Part shown: positions 1 through 8,616 of the stretch, one piece after another
Layout of the letters: each line of letters begins with the position of its first letter
Position numbering within the stretch: position 1 is the stretch's first letter
Source: a virus
Lineage: Duplodnaviria; Caudoviricetes
Direction: 5' to 3' (one strand)
Virus record (IMG/VR): IMGVR_UViG_3300049792_000048
Coordinates: 131,775 to 195,774 of that record
DNA: 64,000 bases
Notes under the pieces: model-generated
Told to the model about the DNA's origin: nothing
The model's input: only the letters and a program-made list of their open reading frames with translations
Databases searched by the model: none
Position numbers and translations under genes: made by a program

Positions 1-91
1 CTTTCTGCCGGTCCGAATCATGGGCGACCGCAATCACGAAATAGAGACCGCCGCCCTTGTAGTGTCGGAAGAACTTGTTGACAGGGTCCAT
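1..91 (-). CDS. DUF1653-like protein (runs off the window start)
   Basis: Minus-strand ATG at 91 gives MDPVNKFFRHYKGGGLYFVIAVAHDSD, matching the RHYKG..Y.V..A.HS motif. Confidence 0.6.
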   Translation of the reverse strand, partial: MDPVNKFFRHYKGGGLYFVIAVAHDSDRQK

Positions 92-309
92 CAGTCTTTG
101 TCCTTGAGGTGGAGGTCGTAGATCTCGCTGGTGGTGGTGTCCCAGATCTGCGCCCATTCGCAGTACGAGGCGTCCTTCGTGATTTCCTTTTTCAGGATGT
201 CACTGATGTGGTGCAGGGTCTCCGTCCTCGTGTCGAAGTTGCCTGCGTAGTCCCGCGCACCGCCACGCGGGTAGTAAGTGTCTCCGATGAACAGCAAGAA
301 ACGCTTCAT
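91..309 (-). CDS. small phage hypothetical protein
   Basis: MKRFLLFIGDTYYPRGGARDY...; its stop overlaps the next ATG. Confidence 0.65.
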   Translation of the reverse strand: MKRFLLFIGDTYYPRGGARDYAGNFDTRTETLHHISDILKKEITKDASYCEWAQIWDTTTSEIYDLHLKDKD

Positions 310-310
310 C

Positions 311-1039
311 TCAACCCCAGATGTCCATGATGTCGGACGCCGTGACGTCGAGGTCCCCATCAGCCGATGGCACCATGCAGATCTCTTCGAGACCCAACAG
401 GCATGCCCGATGGAAGCTGTCCTCCTCGAATGCGAGAGGGCGCTGCTTCTGCCGCTGATCCGCATAGACGTCAGGAGCCAGGTCGAAGACGACTCCAGCG
501 CCGAAGTCACGAGGGTCGTACCCCATGTACGGCGAGCTGAACTCGTCGAGGATGGGCTCCCAGTTCTCGGTCGGAGCGCGAAGCACCAGCTTCCTCATGC
601 ACCATGCGGGGAACCACTCCGCACTCGAAGGCCACTGCCCATGCGGAAAGGCGTGCGCATAGAACACTGGGTCGTGGTAGCGGTACGGAGGAAGACGCCG
701 ACTCGCTTCGATCTGAGCCACCGCGAAATCGAACATGCCACCGGTCTGATGGACGATCCGATGCAGCTCGAACTGATACCTGCTGATGACGAGACGGATC
801 TCCCAGATGTTCGGGTACGGACCCTGCCCAGCAAGATGCCGCGGAACCTCCAGAAGTCGGGCGAGGTCACCCACCTTCATGTTCGTCTTCGGCGGATGCT
901 CGGCGAGCAGGCTGAGGAAGGCCTCGTCCTCCGGGGTCATGCCTGCTGGGTTGATGAGCTGAACCCGGAGCTCGTGCTCCGCCGGCAGGCTCTTCACCGG
1001 CTTGATTCGATTCGCTTCCTTGAGTTTCGTGAACATCAA
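311..1039 (-). CDS. hypothetical protein
   Basis: 242-aa ORF preceded by AAAGGA and a CTATAAG motif on the minus strand. Confidence 0.7.
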   Translation of the reverse strand: MMFTKLKEANRIKPVKSLPAEHELRVQLINPAGMTPEDEAFLSLLAEHPPKTNMKVGDLARLLEVPRHLAGQGPYPNIWEIRLVISRYQFELHRIVHQTGGMFDFAVAQIEASRRLPPYRYHDPVFYAHAFPHGQWPSSAEWFPAWCMRKLVLRAPTENWEPILDEFSSPYMGYDPRDFGAGVVFDLAPDVYADQRQKQRPLAFEEDSFHRACLLGLEEICMVPSADGDLDVTASDIMDIWG

Positions 1040-1056
1040 GATGTCCTTTCATCTTC

Positions 1057-1063
1057 CTTATAG
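1057..1063 (-). promoter_or_regulatory. putative phage promoter motif CTATAAG
   Basis: Reverse complement reads CTATAAGGAAGATGAAAGGA, nearly identical to the copy at 48869. Confidence 0.55.
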
Positions 1064-1098
1064 TGCTCAAACCCGTCTGTATTTCCGAAGGAACCAAC

Positions 1099-1449
1099 AT
1101 GCGTTGCATCAGCTGCAAGTCCGAGAACCTCCTCTGTCACGTCCAGGCCAGCCTCGCGCTGCCTCTCTCGAAGAAGGGCGGAACCATCAACCTGAAGGGG
1201 GTGGTCGTGAAGCAGACCGACCTGAAGGCGTGGTGGGACAATGAGGGCGGTAACCCCGATCGCGAAGAGCGTCTCATCCGCGGCCCGATCGTCTGCGGGG
1301 ACTGCCTGGAGGAACACGTCTACCTGAAGGGGCTGAGCCCGTCGCTTCGGAAGATGACATACGCCGACGCCCTGCTGAAGGGTTACGGGTCCTTTGCCGC
1401 GGAGTCGGCACCCAGCACCGACGATGGTGAAGGCTCCGAAACGGAGTAG
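1099..1449 (+). CDS. Zn-ribbon protein
   Basis: MRCISC...CGDC, two CxxC pairs; AAGGAA SD. Confidence 0.7.
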   Translation: MRCISCKSENLLCHVQASLALPLSKKGGTINLKGVVVKQTDLKAWWDNEGGNPDREERLIRGPIVCGDCLEEHVYLKGLSPSLRKMTYADALLKGYGSFAAESAPSTDDGEGSETE

Positions 1450-1458
1450 ACTCCGCGC

Positions 1459-1830
1459 ATGGCCATCTCGATCAGCCGCGACAAGTACGAAGCCCTCCTC
1501 GACTTCGCCTTCGATCGGCGTACCGACAGGGACGAGCTCGTCGCTCTCCAGAAGAGCATCGACACCGCCAACGGTGTGAGGCGCTTCCTTCTCGTCATCC
1601 GATGGATGGAGCGTGGTGGCAAGACGCCGTCGCGCATCGAGATCGGTAAGGGCTGGCCTCCGACGCAGACCTTCACCCTTCAGCTCGATCGCCCCATCTC
1701 TCGTACGGACGTTGACAACGTCCTCAGTACGCAAGCCAAGAACGCCGTCTATCCGACGGTGACAAACGATGAGCTCGGCGAAGTAGGCTGGACCGAGTTG
1801 GACCTGTGGAGTTTCGAGGACAACGTCTGA
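1459..1830 (+). CDS. hypothetical protein
   Basis: 123-aa ORF with GGAG SD and coding-like codon usage. Confidence 0.7.
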   Translation: MAISISRDKYEALLDFAFDRRTDRDELVALQKSIDTANGVRRFLLVIRWMERGGKTPSRIEIGKGWPPTQTFTLQLDRPISRTDVDNVLSTQAKNAVYPTVTNDELGEVGWTELDLWSFEDNV

Positions 1831-1840
1831 CAGGAGACGC

Positions 1841-2446
1841 ATGGTCAAAGTTGATGATGTCTTCGGGCGTCTGATCGTTGTGGGTTTGGAAGGGTCTCAT
1901 GCGATCTGCCGTTGTTCTTGTGGAACCACGAAGAAGATCTTCGCGGGATCACTGCAACGAGGATCGACGAAGTCATGCGGCTGCCTCCGTAGAGAAGTAG
2001 GCGGGAGAGATCCCACGCATGGGATGTCGGCTTCTCCGGAGTACCGTGCGTGGTCTTCCCTCATTCAGCGGTGCGGGAATCCGAACGATAGAAGCTACGA
2101 GAACTACGGAGGTCGCGGCCTTCAAGTTCATCTTCCGTGGAAGAGGGACTTCTCGCTTTTTCTGAAAGAAGTGGGACCGCGCCCTAGCGAAGCTCATTCT
2201 CTTGATCGAAAAGACAACTCGTTAGGGTACGTGCCCGGAAATGTTCGGTGGGCCACTGGTGCTCAACAAAGTCGAAACAAGCGTACGAGCCGTATGCTGA
2301 CTTTTCAGGGCAGAACCCAGTGCTTGACGGATTGGGCAACCGAACTCGGGATCTCTAAGAAAACGCTGCACCAACGCCTCACGGATGGGATGTCAGTGGA
2401 GCGAGCTCTCACACAAACCTTGCAGAAACAGGATCGCAGAACATGA
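1841..2446 (+). CDS. HNH homing endonuclease
   Basis: CxCxCG N-terminus; HGMS..PEY.AW, YGGRG, SLDRKDNSLGYVPGNVRWA motifs. Confidence 0.85.
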   Translation: MVKVDDVFGRLIVVGLEGSHAICRCSCGTTKKIFAGSLQRGSTKSCGCLRREVGGRDPTHGMSASPEYRAWSSLIQRCGNPNDRSYENYGGRGLQVHLPWKRDFSLFLKEVGPRPSEAHSLDRKDNSLGYVPGNVRWATGAQQSRNKRTSRMLTFQGRTQCLTDWATELGISKKTLHQRLTDGMSVERALTQTLQKQDRRT

Positions 2447-2727
2447 ACAACAACGTGCCGGACCGTGCCCGGCTCTACCGCTTCTTCACCTGGCTCTATC
2501 GACCGACCAGTCTCTTCAACCTGAACACCATCCTCGCGCAGCTCCGCGACATCGAGCTGGTGCATCTGATGGGTGAGCTGAAGAACAAACCCGCTGTCAC
2601 CATCGCGTGGGCGGAATATGGTCGTCGGCACAAGCTCGCCGACATCGCCTTCACGCTGGAGCTGAAGGATGTCCTGGAGGTTCAGGTGCGGAACCTCGTG
2701 CTGACGTCTCAGCTCAGGTCGGCGTGA
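2443..2727 (+). CDS. hypothetical protein
   Basis: Overlap-coupled ORF starting GAACATGAAC. Confidence 0.65.
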   Translation: MNNNVPDRARLYRFFTWLYRPTSLFNLNTILAQLRDIELVHLMGELKNKPAVTIAWAEYGRRHKLADIAFTLELKDVLEVQVRNLVLTSQLRSA

Positions 2728-3197
2728 CCTCCGACGAGCTCGGACTCCTCGTTCTGAAGATCCAAGACGACGATGTCCGGCAGAAGGATCTACGCGACTT
2801 CCTCCGCACCATCACGACTGACGAAGAAGTGCGTCGTAACGCCAAGCTCGTCAGTGGGCTTTCTGGGTTGAAGGAGGATGTTCGCACAAAGCACTGCCTA
2901 GCGAACGTGATGGTGTTGTTGGCAGACAGCCAGCTTGCCCCGCCGCCAGGAGATGTGGAAGTTGTGGAGCGAAAGACAACGACGCTCTTCTCAACGAAGC
3001 TGGCAGCCATCATCACAGGGCCGTGGCGCAAGCACATCCGCCCCGACCAAGTGCTCTCCGCTGCCGAGCTGCAACGACGGATGCGCGGAGGTCGCGGTGT
3101 CAGTGCAGTCCCGACGCTCTATGTCTCCGATCTGCTCGCTTCGCATGTCATCGCCCTCGAAGATTTCTGGGGAGTGCGCGGAACGTTCATGGCGTAA
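2724..3197 (+). CDS. hypothetical protein
   Basis: GTGA overlap with the upstream stop. Confidence 0.6.
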   Translation: MTSDELGLLVLKIQDDDVRQKDLRDFLRTITTDEEVRRNAKLVSGLSGLKEDVRTKHCLANVMVLLADSQLAPPPGDVEVVERKTTTLFSTKLAAIITGPWRKHIRPDQVLSAAELQRRMRGGRGVSAVPTLYVSDLLASHVIALEDFWGVRGTFMA

Positions 3198-3214
3198 GTA
3201 GTTTCATGAATCGC

Positions 3215-3234
3215 CTATCAGAGAGATGAGGAGG
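3215..3234 (+). promoter_or_regulatory. putative phage promoter motif plus SD
   Basis: CTATCAGAGAGATGAGGAGG. Confidence 0.55.
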
Positions 3235-3240
3235 TCTTTC

Positions 3241-3852
3241 ATGAACACGAACACGAACCCCGACAACCATCGTCCCCATCACAACCATCAGCGTCCGCGG
3301 CAGGAGAACAGACTCAACCGCAGCGCCGTCGAGGTGATGCAACATCTGCCGATGGGCTGGACCGCCACGGTCACCGAGCCCGACGCAGAAGGGACGAAGG
3401 ACCGACGCACCCGCCTTCGGGTCATGGTCCTGGAGCACCCGGACAAGGGGTTTCGTCTCCTCATGTTCCTGACGATCCGCATCCCGAAACGGATGCAGAC
3501 CGATGCAGGAGAAGTGGAGGTGATCGACGACATGGACATCCTTCCCCAGAACATCGTCGAGGCCGCACTTCCGGCTGATCTGTTCAATCACGGCAAGGTC
3601 CTCGAAGAGCTGTGCGTGAAGCTCGACGACTACGCGAAGAAGCAGGCGGCCCTCCCGCCACCGAGCAAGAAGCCCCTGACGCAGCGACCCTTCGCCCACA
3701 AGCTGTCGGCTGAAGTGAGCCGTGGCCGACAGGAACAGCGTCGTCAGCAGGTGCACGAGCAGGAACAGCAGTTCCAGCCGAACCAGAGAAAGAAGAACCG
3801 ACGCGGTCGTCAGGGTGACCATCGGTCGCTCTTGGCGCTCGCCATCGGCTGA
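3241..3852 (+). CDS. hypothetical protein with basic/Gln-rich termini
   Basis: GAGGAGG SD; followed by a terminator. Confidence 0.7.
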   Translation: MNTNTNPDNHRPHHNHQRPRQENRLNRSAVEVMQHLPMGWTATVTEPDAEGTKDRRTRLRVMVLEHPDKGFRLLMFLTIRIPKRMQTDAGEVEVIDDMDILPQNIVEAALPADLFNHGKVLEELCVKLDDYAKKQAALPPPSKKPLTQRPFAHKLSAEVSRGRQEQRRQQVHEQEQQFQPNQRKKNRRGRQGDHRSLLALAIG

Positions 3853-3859
3853 GGCGGGA

Positions 3860-3894
3860 AGAAGGGAGGGGCCGTGCGCCTCTCCCTTCTCTTT
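3860..3894 (+). terminator. intrinsic terminator
   Basis: AGAAGGGAGGGGC/GCCTCTCCCTTCT stem followed by CTTT. Confidence 0.65.
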
Positions 3895-3908
3895 GCCAGG
3901 ATGTACAC

Positions 3909-4391
3909 ATGGCCAAGTTCACCGTTGAGGAGCTGCTTCAACAGCTCATGCAGGGCGCCGATAAGAACTACCGCGAGCAGGTCAAGATGCTCGGGACTGG
4001 GTTCGTCGTCGGCACCAAGAAGATCACGAAAGAGGCGGAGCCCGAGGGTGAGCCCCGCACAAGCTGCGGCATCATCAACGCGGCACACCCCATCGATTCC
4101 CTCGACGACCTGCGACGCTTCGCAGTTGCTGTTCGAGCGGGCGTCAAGATGTCGGACGGCACCGTCGCTGGCATTCTGTGTGAGCTCGACATCGCGCTGA
4201 ATGACGGTCCACCAGCTCGGTCGGTCGTTCTCTACATGGACCAGAAGTACGGCGGCATGCGAATCTATGTCGCTCCGAAGTCTGGTGAACATCTCCTCTT
4301 CCGCGACCTCGGGGTTGCACACCCAACGACTAGCTTTCTTCCCTCTCTCATCCCGGTCGAGTCCTACGGGCCGGCCATCTCCGATGCATAG
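3909..4391 (+). CDS. hypothetical protein
   Basis: 160-aa ORF with AGGA SD. Confidence 0.7.
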   Translation: MAKFTVEELLQQLMQGADKNYREQVKMLGTGFVVGTKKITKEAEPEGEPRTSCGIINAAHPIDSLDDLRRFAVAVRAGVKMSDGTVAGILCELDIALNDGPPARSVVLYMDQKYGGMRIYVAPKSGEHLLFRDLGVAHPTTSFLPSLIPVESYGPAISDA

Positions 4392-4399
4392 GACACAAC

Positions 4400-4978
4400 A
4401 TGATCTTGTGTGACTCTTCCATCCGAAAAGCGTTGGACTCTGGTTGGCTGAAGTGTGACCCGGCCCCGAGCGATGAACAGATTCAGCCGGCGAGTCTGGA
4501 CCTTCGTCTCAGCGGGAAGTTCAAGCGGTTCAGCCGTGAGCTCTCTGCACACTCGTACGTCGTCAACATCTCCACCTTCGATGCGAAGATGGGGATGGTG
4601 GACACTGAAATCGCCGAGGGCGGCTTCTTTCGTATCAAGCCAAATGAGTTTTGGCTGGCTTCGACCGTCGAGTACGTGACGCTTCCGGCGGACTTGCTCG
4701 GTACTCTGCACGGGAGGAGCTCGCTGGCTCGTCTTGGCCTCATCATCCACAGCGCCGGCTACATAGATCCGGGCTTCAGTGGGACCATCACACTGGAGCT
4801 CGCGAACGTCGGTCCTCACACCCTGGAGATCCCGATTGGGTGGCGTATCGGACAACTCAGCTTCGAGCTGCTCGATCATCCGGCTGAGAAGCCCTACGGT
4901 GTGAAGCCCAACTCGAAGTATCAGGGCCAGGTTGGTCCCACGGAATCCAAGTCCCGCAACGATCGGAACAAGACGTGA
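4400..4978 (+). CDS. dcd: dCTP deaminase
   Basis: IQPASLDLRL, GRSSLARLGL, AGYIDPGFSGTITLEL, RIGQL and SKYQGQ motifs. Confidence 0.95.
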   Translation: MILCDSSIRKALDSGWLKCDPAPSDEQIQPASLDLRLSGKFKRFSRELSAHSYVVNISTFDAKMGMVDTEIAEGGFFRIKPNEFWLASTVEYVTLPADLLGTLHGRSSLARLGLIIHSAGYIDPGFSGTITLELANVGPHTLEIPIGWRIGQLSFELLDHPAEKPYGVKPNSKYQGQVGPTESKSRNDRNKT

Positions 4979-5697
4979 CACGACTTCAAGATGATGATTT
5001 GGGCTCGATGAGTGTGGAGGGGCTTCGAGAGCTGATTGCAAAGAAGCAGATCGAGTTCAACCAAGTCCTTCGCGACAACCAGAGCTTGGTGTCGCAGACA
5101 CGTCGACTGGAGAAGGATCTTGCTCAGAGTAACGGCGAGGTCGAGTCTCTGAAGAAGAAGCTGAAGGTGGCACTCGCTGATGTGGTGTCAGTCGTCGCAG
5201 AGCGCGAGGTCGCAAAGAAGCTGGCGGCCTCCCTCTACGAAAAGCTCACCTACCTCAGCGGACGGACTGACATCAAGGCGAAGGACCTGAAGAAGGTGAT
5301 CTCGCTGTATCACGCCGCCCTCGAATCGGTGACACGCATCACGGCTTGGCCCGAGCTCGGGGAGTGGGACTTCTTCGAGCAGTGCTTCTCTGAAGCGGAG
5401 CGCAAGATCCTCGGGAGCAAGACCAGCTCTCCTCAAGCCTTGAATCGGGATCGCTTGCAGGCGTTCATCCAGCGCAGCATGAGTAAGCGTCTGAAGTACT
5501 TCAAGGATGCGATGAACACTCCCGAGAAGATGGAGGAGGTTCGACGCACCATCGAGGAGTTCTTGCTGGAACTCCCGAAAGCTGCGGTCCTGCCGGGATA
5601 CAGGGTGACAAATGTGAGGACTGACGATCCCGACAGCTACGTCCTCAACATCGAGATCACGGACGCGGCCTGGATTGAGGCTCTCCGCAACAAGTGA
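4975..5697 (+). CDS. coiled-coil hypothetical protein
   Basis: Heptad-rich N-terminal half; GTGA overlap. Confidence 0.7.
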   Translation: MTRLQDDDLGSMSVEGLRELIAKKQIEFNQVLRDNQSLVSQTRRLEKDLAQSNGEVESLKKKLKVALADVVSVVAEREVAKKLAASLYEKLTYLSGRTDIKAKDLKKVISLYHAALESVTRITAWPELGEWDFFEQCFSEAERKILGSKTSSPQALNRDRLQAFIQRSMSKRLKYFKDAMNTPEKMEEVRRTIEEFLLELPKAAVLPGYRVTNVRTDDPDSYVLNIEITDAAWIEALRNK

Positions 5698-5701
5698 CTT
5701 C

Positions 5702-5806
5702 GTGGGTGCCTTCACGGGGAACAGCCGTGTTCGGCCTTTGACGAGCCCTCCGTACGGGAAGCGTACGCTACCAGGAGGACGCAGGTGTGAAGCCTGCCAC
5801 CCACCA
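5702..5806 (+). ncRNA. tRNA-like structured RNA (non-canonical)
   Basis: GTGGGTG/CACCCAC closing stem stacked on a GCAGG-7nt-CCTGC arm, internal hairpins, 3' ACCA. Confidence 0.45.
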
Positions 5807-5817
5807 TTTCTAGGAAC

Positions 5818-7146
5818 ATGAACATGGAACGCAAGATCATCATCAAGGACGACCTCCATCCTGAAGACAACGCGATGCTTCAGGCGCTGTACTCACGCAG
5901 CCCGGCAAGCGTCGAGGATCACCTCCCGAAGGTCGAAGCCGCCGGCTCCGGCAAGTTCATGGACGACTACTACGTCGGCTATGGACATGCCTCGATCGGA
6001 GACTGTGGAACCACCACCCTCTTCATCGAAGGTGTCTCGATGCTGATGGCCAAGGCCATTCAGGACAACCCGTTGTACTCGGGCCAAGAGGCGAGTACCC
6101 GCTACATGGACTTCTCGGACGCTCGATTCGAGTCGCCGGGTAACACAGATCTCGAAGGACATCTCATTCAGCGTGATTGGATGGTCTTCTACCACCGGGC
6201 GCTGCCAGAGATGATCGAGCACCTTCGGAAGCTCCATCCACAGGAGCCGGGGGAGGAACGCAAGAAGTACGAGAAGGCGCTGAAAGCACGAGCGTTCGAT
6301 GTGCTGCGAGCGTTCATCCCAGCCGGGATGCACACGAATCTGTCCTGGCACACGAACCTGCGGCAGGCGCGCGACAAGCTTCGCTCGCTCGTCGCTCATC
6401 CCGAGCCGAGCACCTCAAGCCTGGCCTACGAGCTTCTCGGAGCTCTGCACCAGAAGTACCCACACAGCGGCTTCGACTACAAGATGTCGGCCGAGGAGTG
6501 GGAGTGGCGCAAGCAGGTGATGGCGTCGTACGCCTACTCGGAGGAGCCTCCGCCCACCACCTTGAACGGTGTGCACGTCAGCCTCTCTTCCTTCCAGTGG
6601 CCGCATGATCGGAAGATGATGCAGCTCCTGGCAAAGCGTCCTCAACGTGTGGTGATGCCGGGCATCCTCCAGAAGTACGGCGTGATCGCATCATCGTTCT
6701 CGCTCGACTTCGGGTCGTTTCGCGATCTTCAGCGGCACCGCAATGGCTTCGTGCAGATGCCGTTGCTCACCGTGAGTCTGGGGATCCATCCCTGGTACTA
6801 CGAGCAAATGCCGGAGCATCTGCGAACTGAAGCACAGGAGCTCGTGGCACGACAAATCGATCGCATCAAGAAGTTGAACATCACCGATGTCGAAAGGCAG
6901 TCATACATCGCGATGGGTTTCCAGGTGCCGTGCAAGGTCGTGCAGTCGCTGCCGGCTTGGGCGTATCGTGTCGAGCTACGCACCAGTCAGAGTGTTCACC
7001 CGACACTGCGTCGCATCGCTCAGTTGGAGGGACGTGTCTTCAGGGACCTGACCTCGGGAGAGATCCCGCTGCACCTCGATCTGTCCCCCGACACATGGGA
7101 CACGCGTCGAGGCTCGCAGACGATCGAAGAGCTGAGCCCCCGTTGA
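5818..7146 (+). CDS. thyX: FAD-dependent thymidylate synthase ThyX (long form)
   Basis: GYGHASIGD, QEASTRY, FDVLRAFIPAG, RDLQRHR and ELRT..VH motifs. Confidence 0.9.
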   Translation: MNMERKIIIKDDLHPEDNAMLQALYSRSPASVEDHLPKVEAAGSGKFMDDYYVGYGHASIGDCGTTTLFIEGVSMLMAKAIQDNPLYSGQEASTRYMDFSDARFESPGNTDLEGHLIQRDWMVFYHRALPEMIEHLRKLHPQEPGEERKKYEKALKARAFDVLRAFIPAGMHTNLSWHTNLRQARDKLRSLVAHPEPSTSSLAYELLGALHQKYPHSGFDYKMSAEEWEWRKQVMASYAYSEEPPPTTLNGVHVSLSSFQWPHDRKMMQLLAKRPQRVVMPGILQKYGVIASSFSLDFGSFRDLQRHRNGFVQMPLLTVSLGIHPWYYEQMPEHLRTEAQELVARQIDRIKKLNITDVERQSYIAMGFQVPCKVVQSLPAWAYRVELRTSQSVHPTLRRIAQLEGRVFRDLTSGEIPLHLDLSPDTWDTRRGSQTIEELSPR

Positions 7147-7164
7147 AAAGGCGGAGAACTTCAT

Positions 7165-7171
7165 CTATAAG
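7165..7171 (+). promoter_or_regulatory. putative phage promoter motif CTATAAG upstream of small ORFs and tmRNA
   Basis: GAACTTCATCTATAAGGATGG. Confidence 0.45.
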
Positions 7172-7532
7172 GATGGTGCAGTGATCATCATTCTGATGTT
7201 CTCCGTCATGGTTCTCCTCGCGCTCGTCATGTGTAGCGGGGACAAAGAGTCTCAGGAGCGGGACCTCCTGGGCTGTGCCCAAACTGGGCCTATGGGATGG
7301 GGAAAGCCGGCGCCCCCCCTACACTCGCGCCGGTGCTCGTGATGCTCTTCCACTTCTACATCAAGTGGGCGAGCGGAGCGATCGGCATTGAGCCCATGCG
7401 GGTTGCGCCCGCATGCCCATCGTGATGGTGTCTGTGCGCAGGCATCACATGCTGTGGTTCAAGAGGGCGGACAGGCCCTCGAAGACGGGAGTCAAAGCCT
7501 GGCGAGTGTCCCACCCGCCAGGCACTGTTCAC

Positions 7533-7917
7533 GGGGATGCAAATGGTTTCGACTTGGTGTGTCGTTGTTGATGTTGCGTGCCGAGGTTGGTCAGCAGGCC
7601 TCGTAAAAAGCAGACCATCTGTAACTGCGAACGATAGCAGCTACGCCCAGCCCGTTCTCGCGAACGCGGCCTGAGCCGTCAGCCGGAAGAGTTGCCTAAC
7701 ACTCCTCCGAACTGGCGTAACTGAGTTAGGCAAAACCCGGTCGCACTCAAGCGGGGTCGAAAGACGATCTTGGGAGCTGGTGGAGGGCCGTGAGGCCCCC
7801 AACCGCAGCCAGCACCGGCTCGATGGCGTACCGTAAGGTGAACATCAAATAGGCGCTACGCACGTAGACGCATCAACATCAGCATCAAGGACTCGGGTTC
7901 GATCCCCGACATCTCCA
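7533..7917 (+). ncRNA. ssrA: tmRNA (one-piece)
   Basis: 5' GGGGATGCAAATGGTTTCGAC; 3' TCGGGTTCGATCCCCGACATCTCCA; G3-U70 Ala identity pair; long helix 2; tag ORF at 7627-7674 (ANDSSYAQPVLANAA-stop) after TAACT. Confidence 0.95.
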
Positions 7918-7957
7918 AATAGATTGACATCCCGTCAGGTCCACACGAGACTGAGCC

Positions 7958-8482
7958 ATGTCTAAGGCAAAAGTTCGTTTGGAATGCGCGGGGTGCTCGA
8001 TGCCGTTCTTCCGCCTTTTAGCGGAGTATTCGCGTAATAAAGCCCGTGGGACGAAGGTGTTCTGCTCTCAGGGTTGTTCGATTCGCAACTCAAACCAGAC
8101 GAGAGTTACGGATCCCAAACAGGCCGAACGCTTGAAGGCTGATAATCGACGTGATGGCCTTACTTCTTGGCGCTGGTACATGGCTAGGGCTCGGTATCGC
8201 CAGAAGGACACTGATCTCACCGTCGAGTTTTTGAGGGAGCTCTGGGATTCCCAAAATGGGCGGTGTCCGCTTACGGGATGGAAGATGGTGTTGCCTCCAT
8301 CTACAAAAGGGTGGACGGACTTCCTGCCAGAGAATGCGAGTCTGGATAAGGTCGACCCTAAGCAAGGGTACCTCAAGGGCAACGTTCGCTTCATCTCTGT
8401 GATGGCGAACTATGCCAAGCACCTCTGGACTGACGAGTACGTGTTGGACTTCTGTCGCGCAGTGGTTCAGCATCACGCGTAG
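7958..8482 (+). CDS. HNH endonuclease
   Basis: CxxC/FCSxxC N-terminus; ASLDKVDPKQGYLKGNVRFISVMANYAK. Confidence 0.85.
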   Translation: MSKAKVRLECAGCSMPFFRLLAEYSRNKARGTKVFCSQGCSIRNSNQTRVTDPKQAERLKADNRRDGLTSWRWYMARARYRQKDTDLTVEFLRELWDSQNGRCPLTGWKMVLPPSTKGWTDFLPENASLDKVDPKQGYLKGNVRFISVMANYAKHLWTDEYVLDFCRAVVQHHA

Positions 8483-8564
8483 AAAAGCAAAAAGGAGACC
8501 AGTATGCAACGCGCTGGGGAAAGCCCGGCGACTACAAGCAGCTCCGAGAGGGGTCTCACCACAC

Positions 8565-8596
8565 AGAAGGACGGCTACGGTCGTCCTTCTTCTTTT
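8565..8596 (+). terminator. intrinsic terminator
   Basis: AGAAGGACG/CGTCCTTCT stem followed by TCTTTT. Confidence 0.7.
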
Positions 8597-8616
8597 GAAC
8601 CAACAAGGAGACGCAG

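Noticed and set aside
5730-5790. Hammerhead ribozyme (TTGACGAG resembles CUGANGA)
   Set aside because: The first base is wrong and no GAAA follows the putative stem II.
7388-7606. ORFs overlapping the tmRNA 5' end
   Set aside because: They run into a well-supported structural RNA and have no recognisable motifs.
8500-8560. c-di-GMP-I riboswitch (GCAA...GAAA hairpin...GAC..CAAGC)
   Set aside because: The resemblance is loose; the GCAAA/GACGCAAAGC core and a proper P3 with tetraloop receptor are missing.
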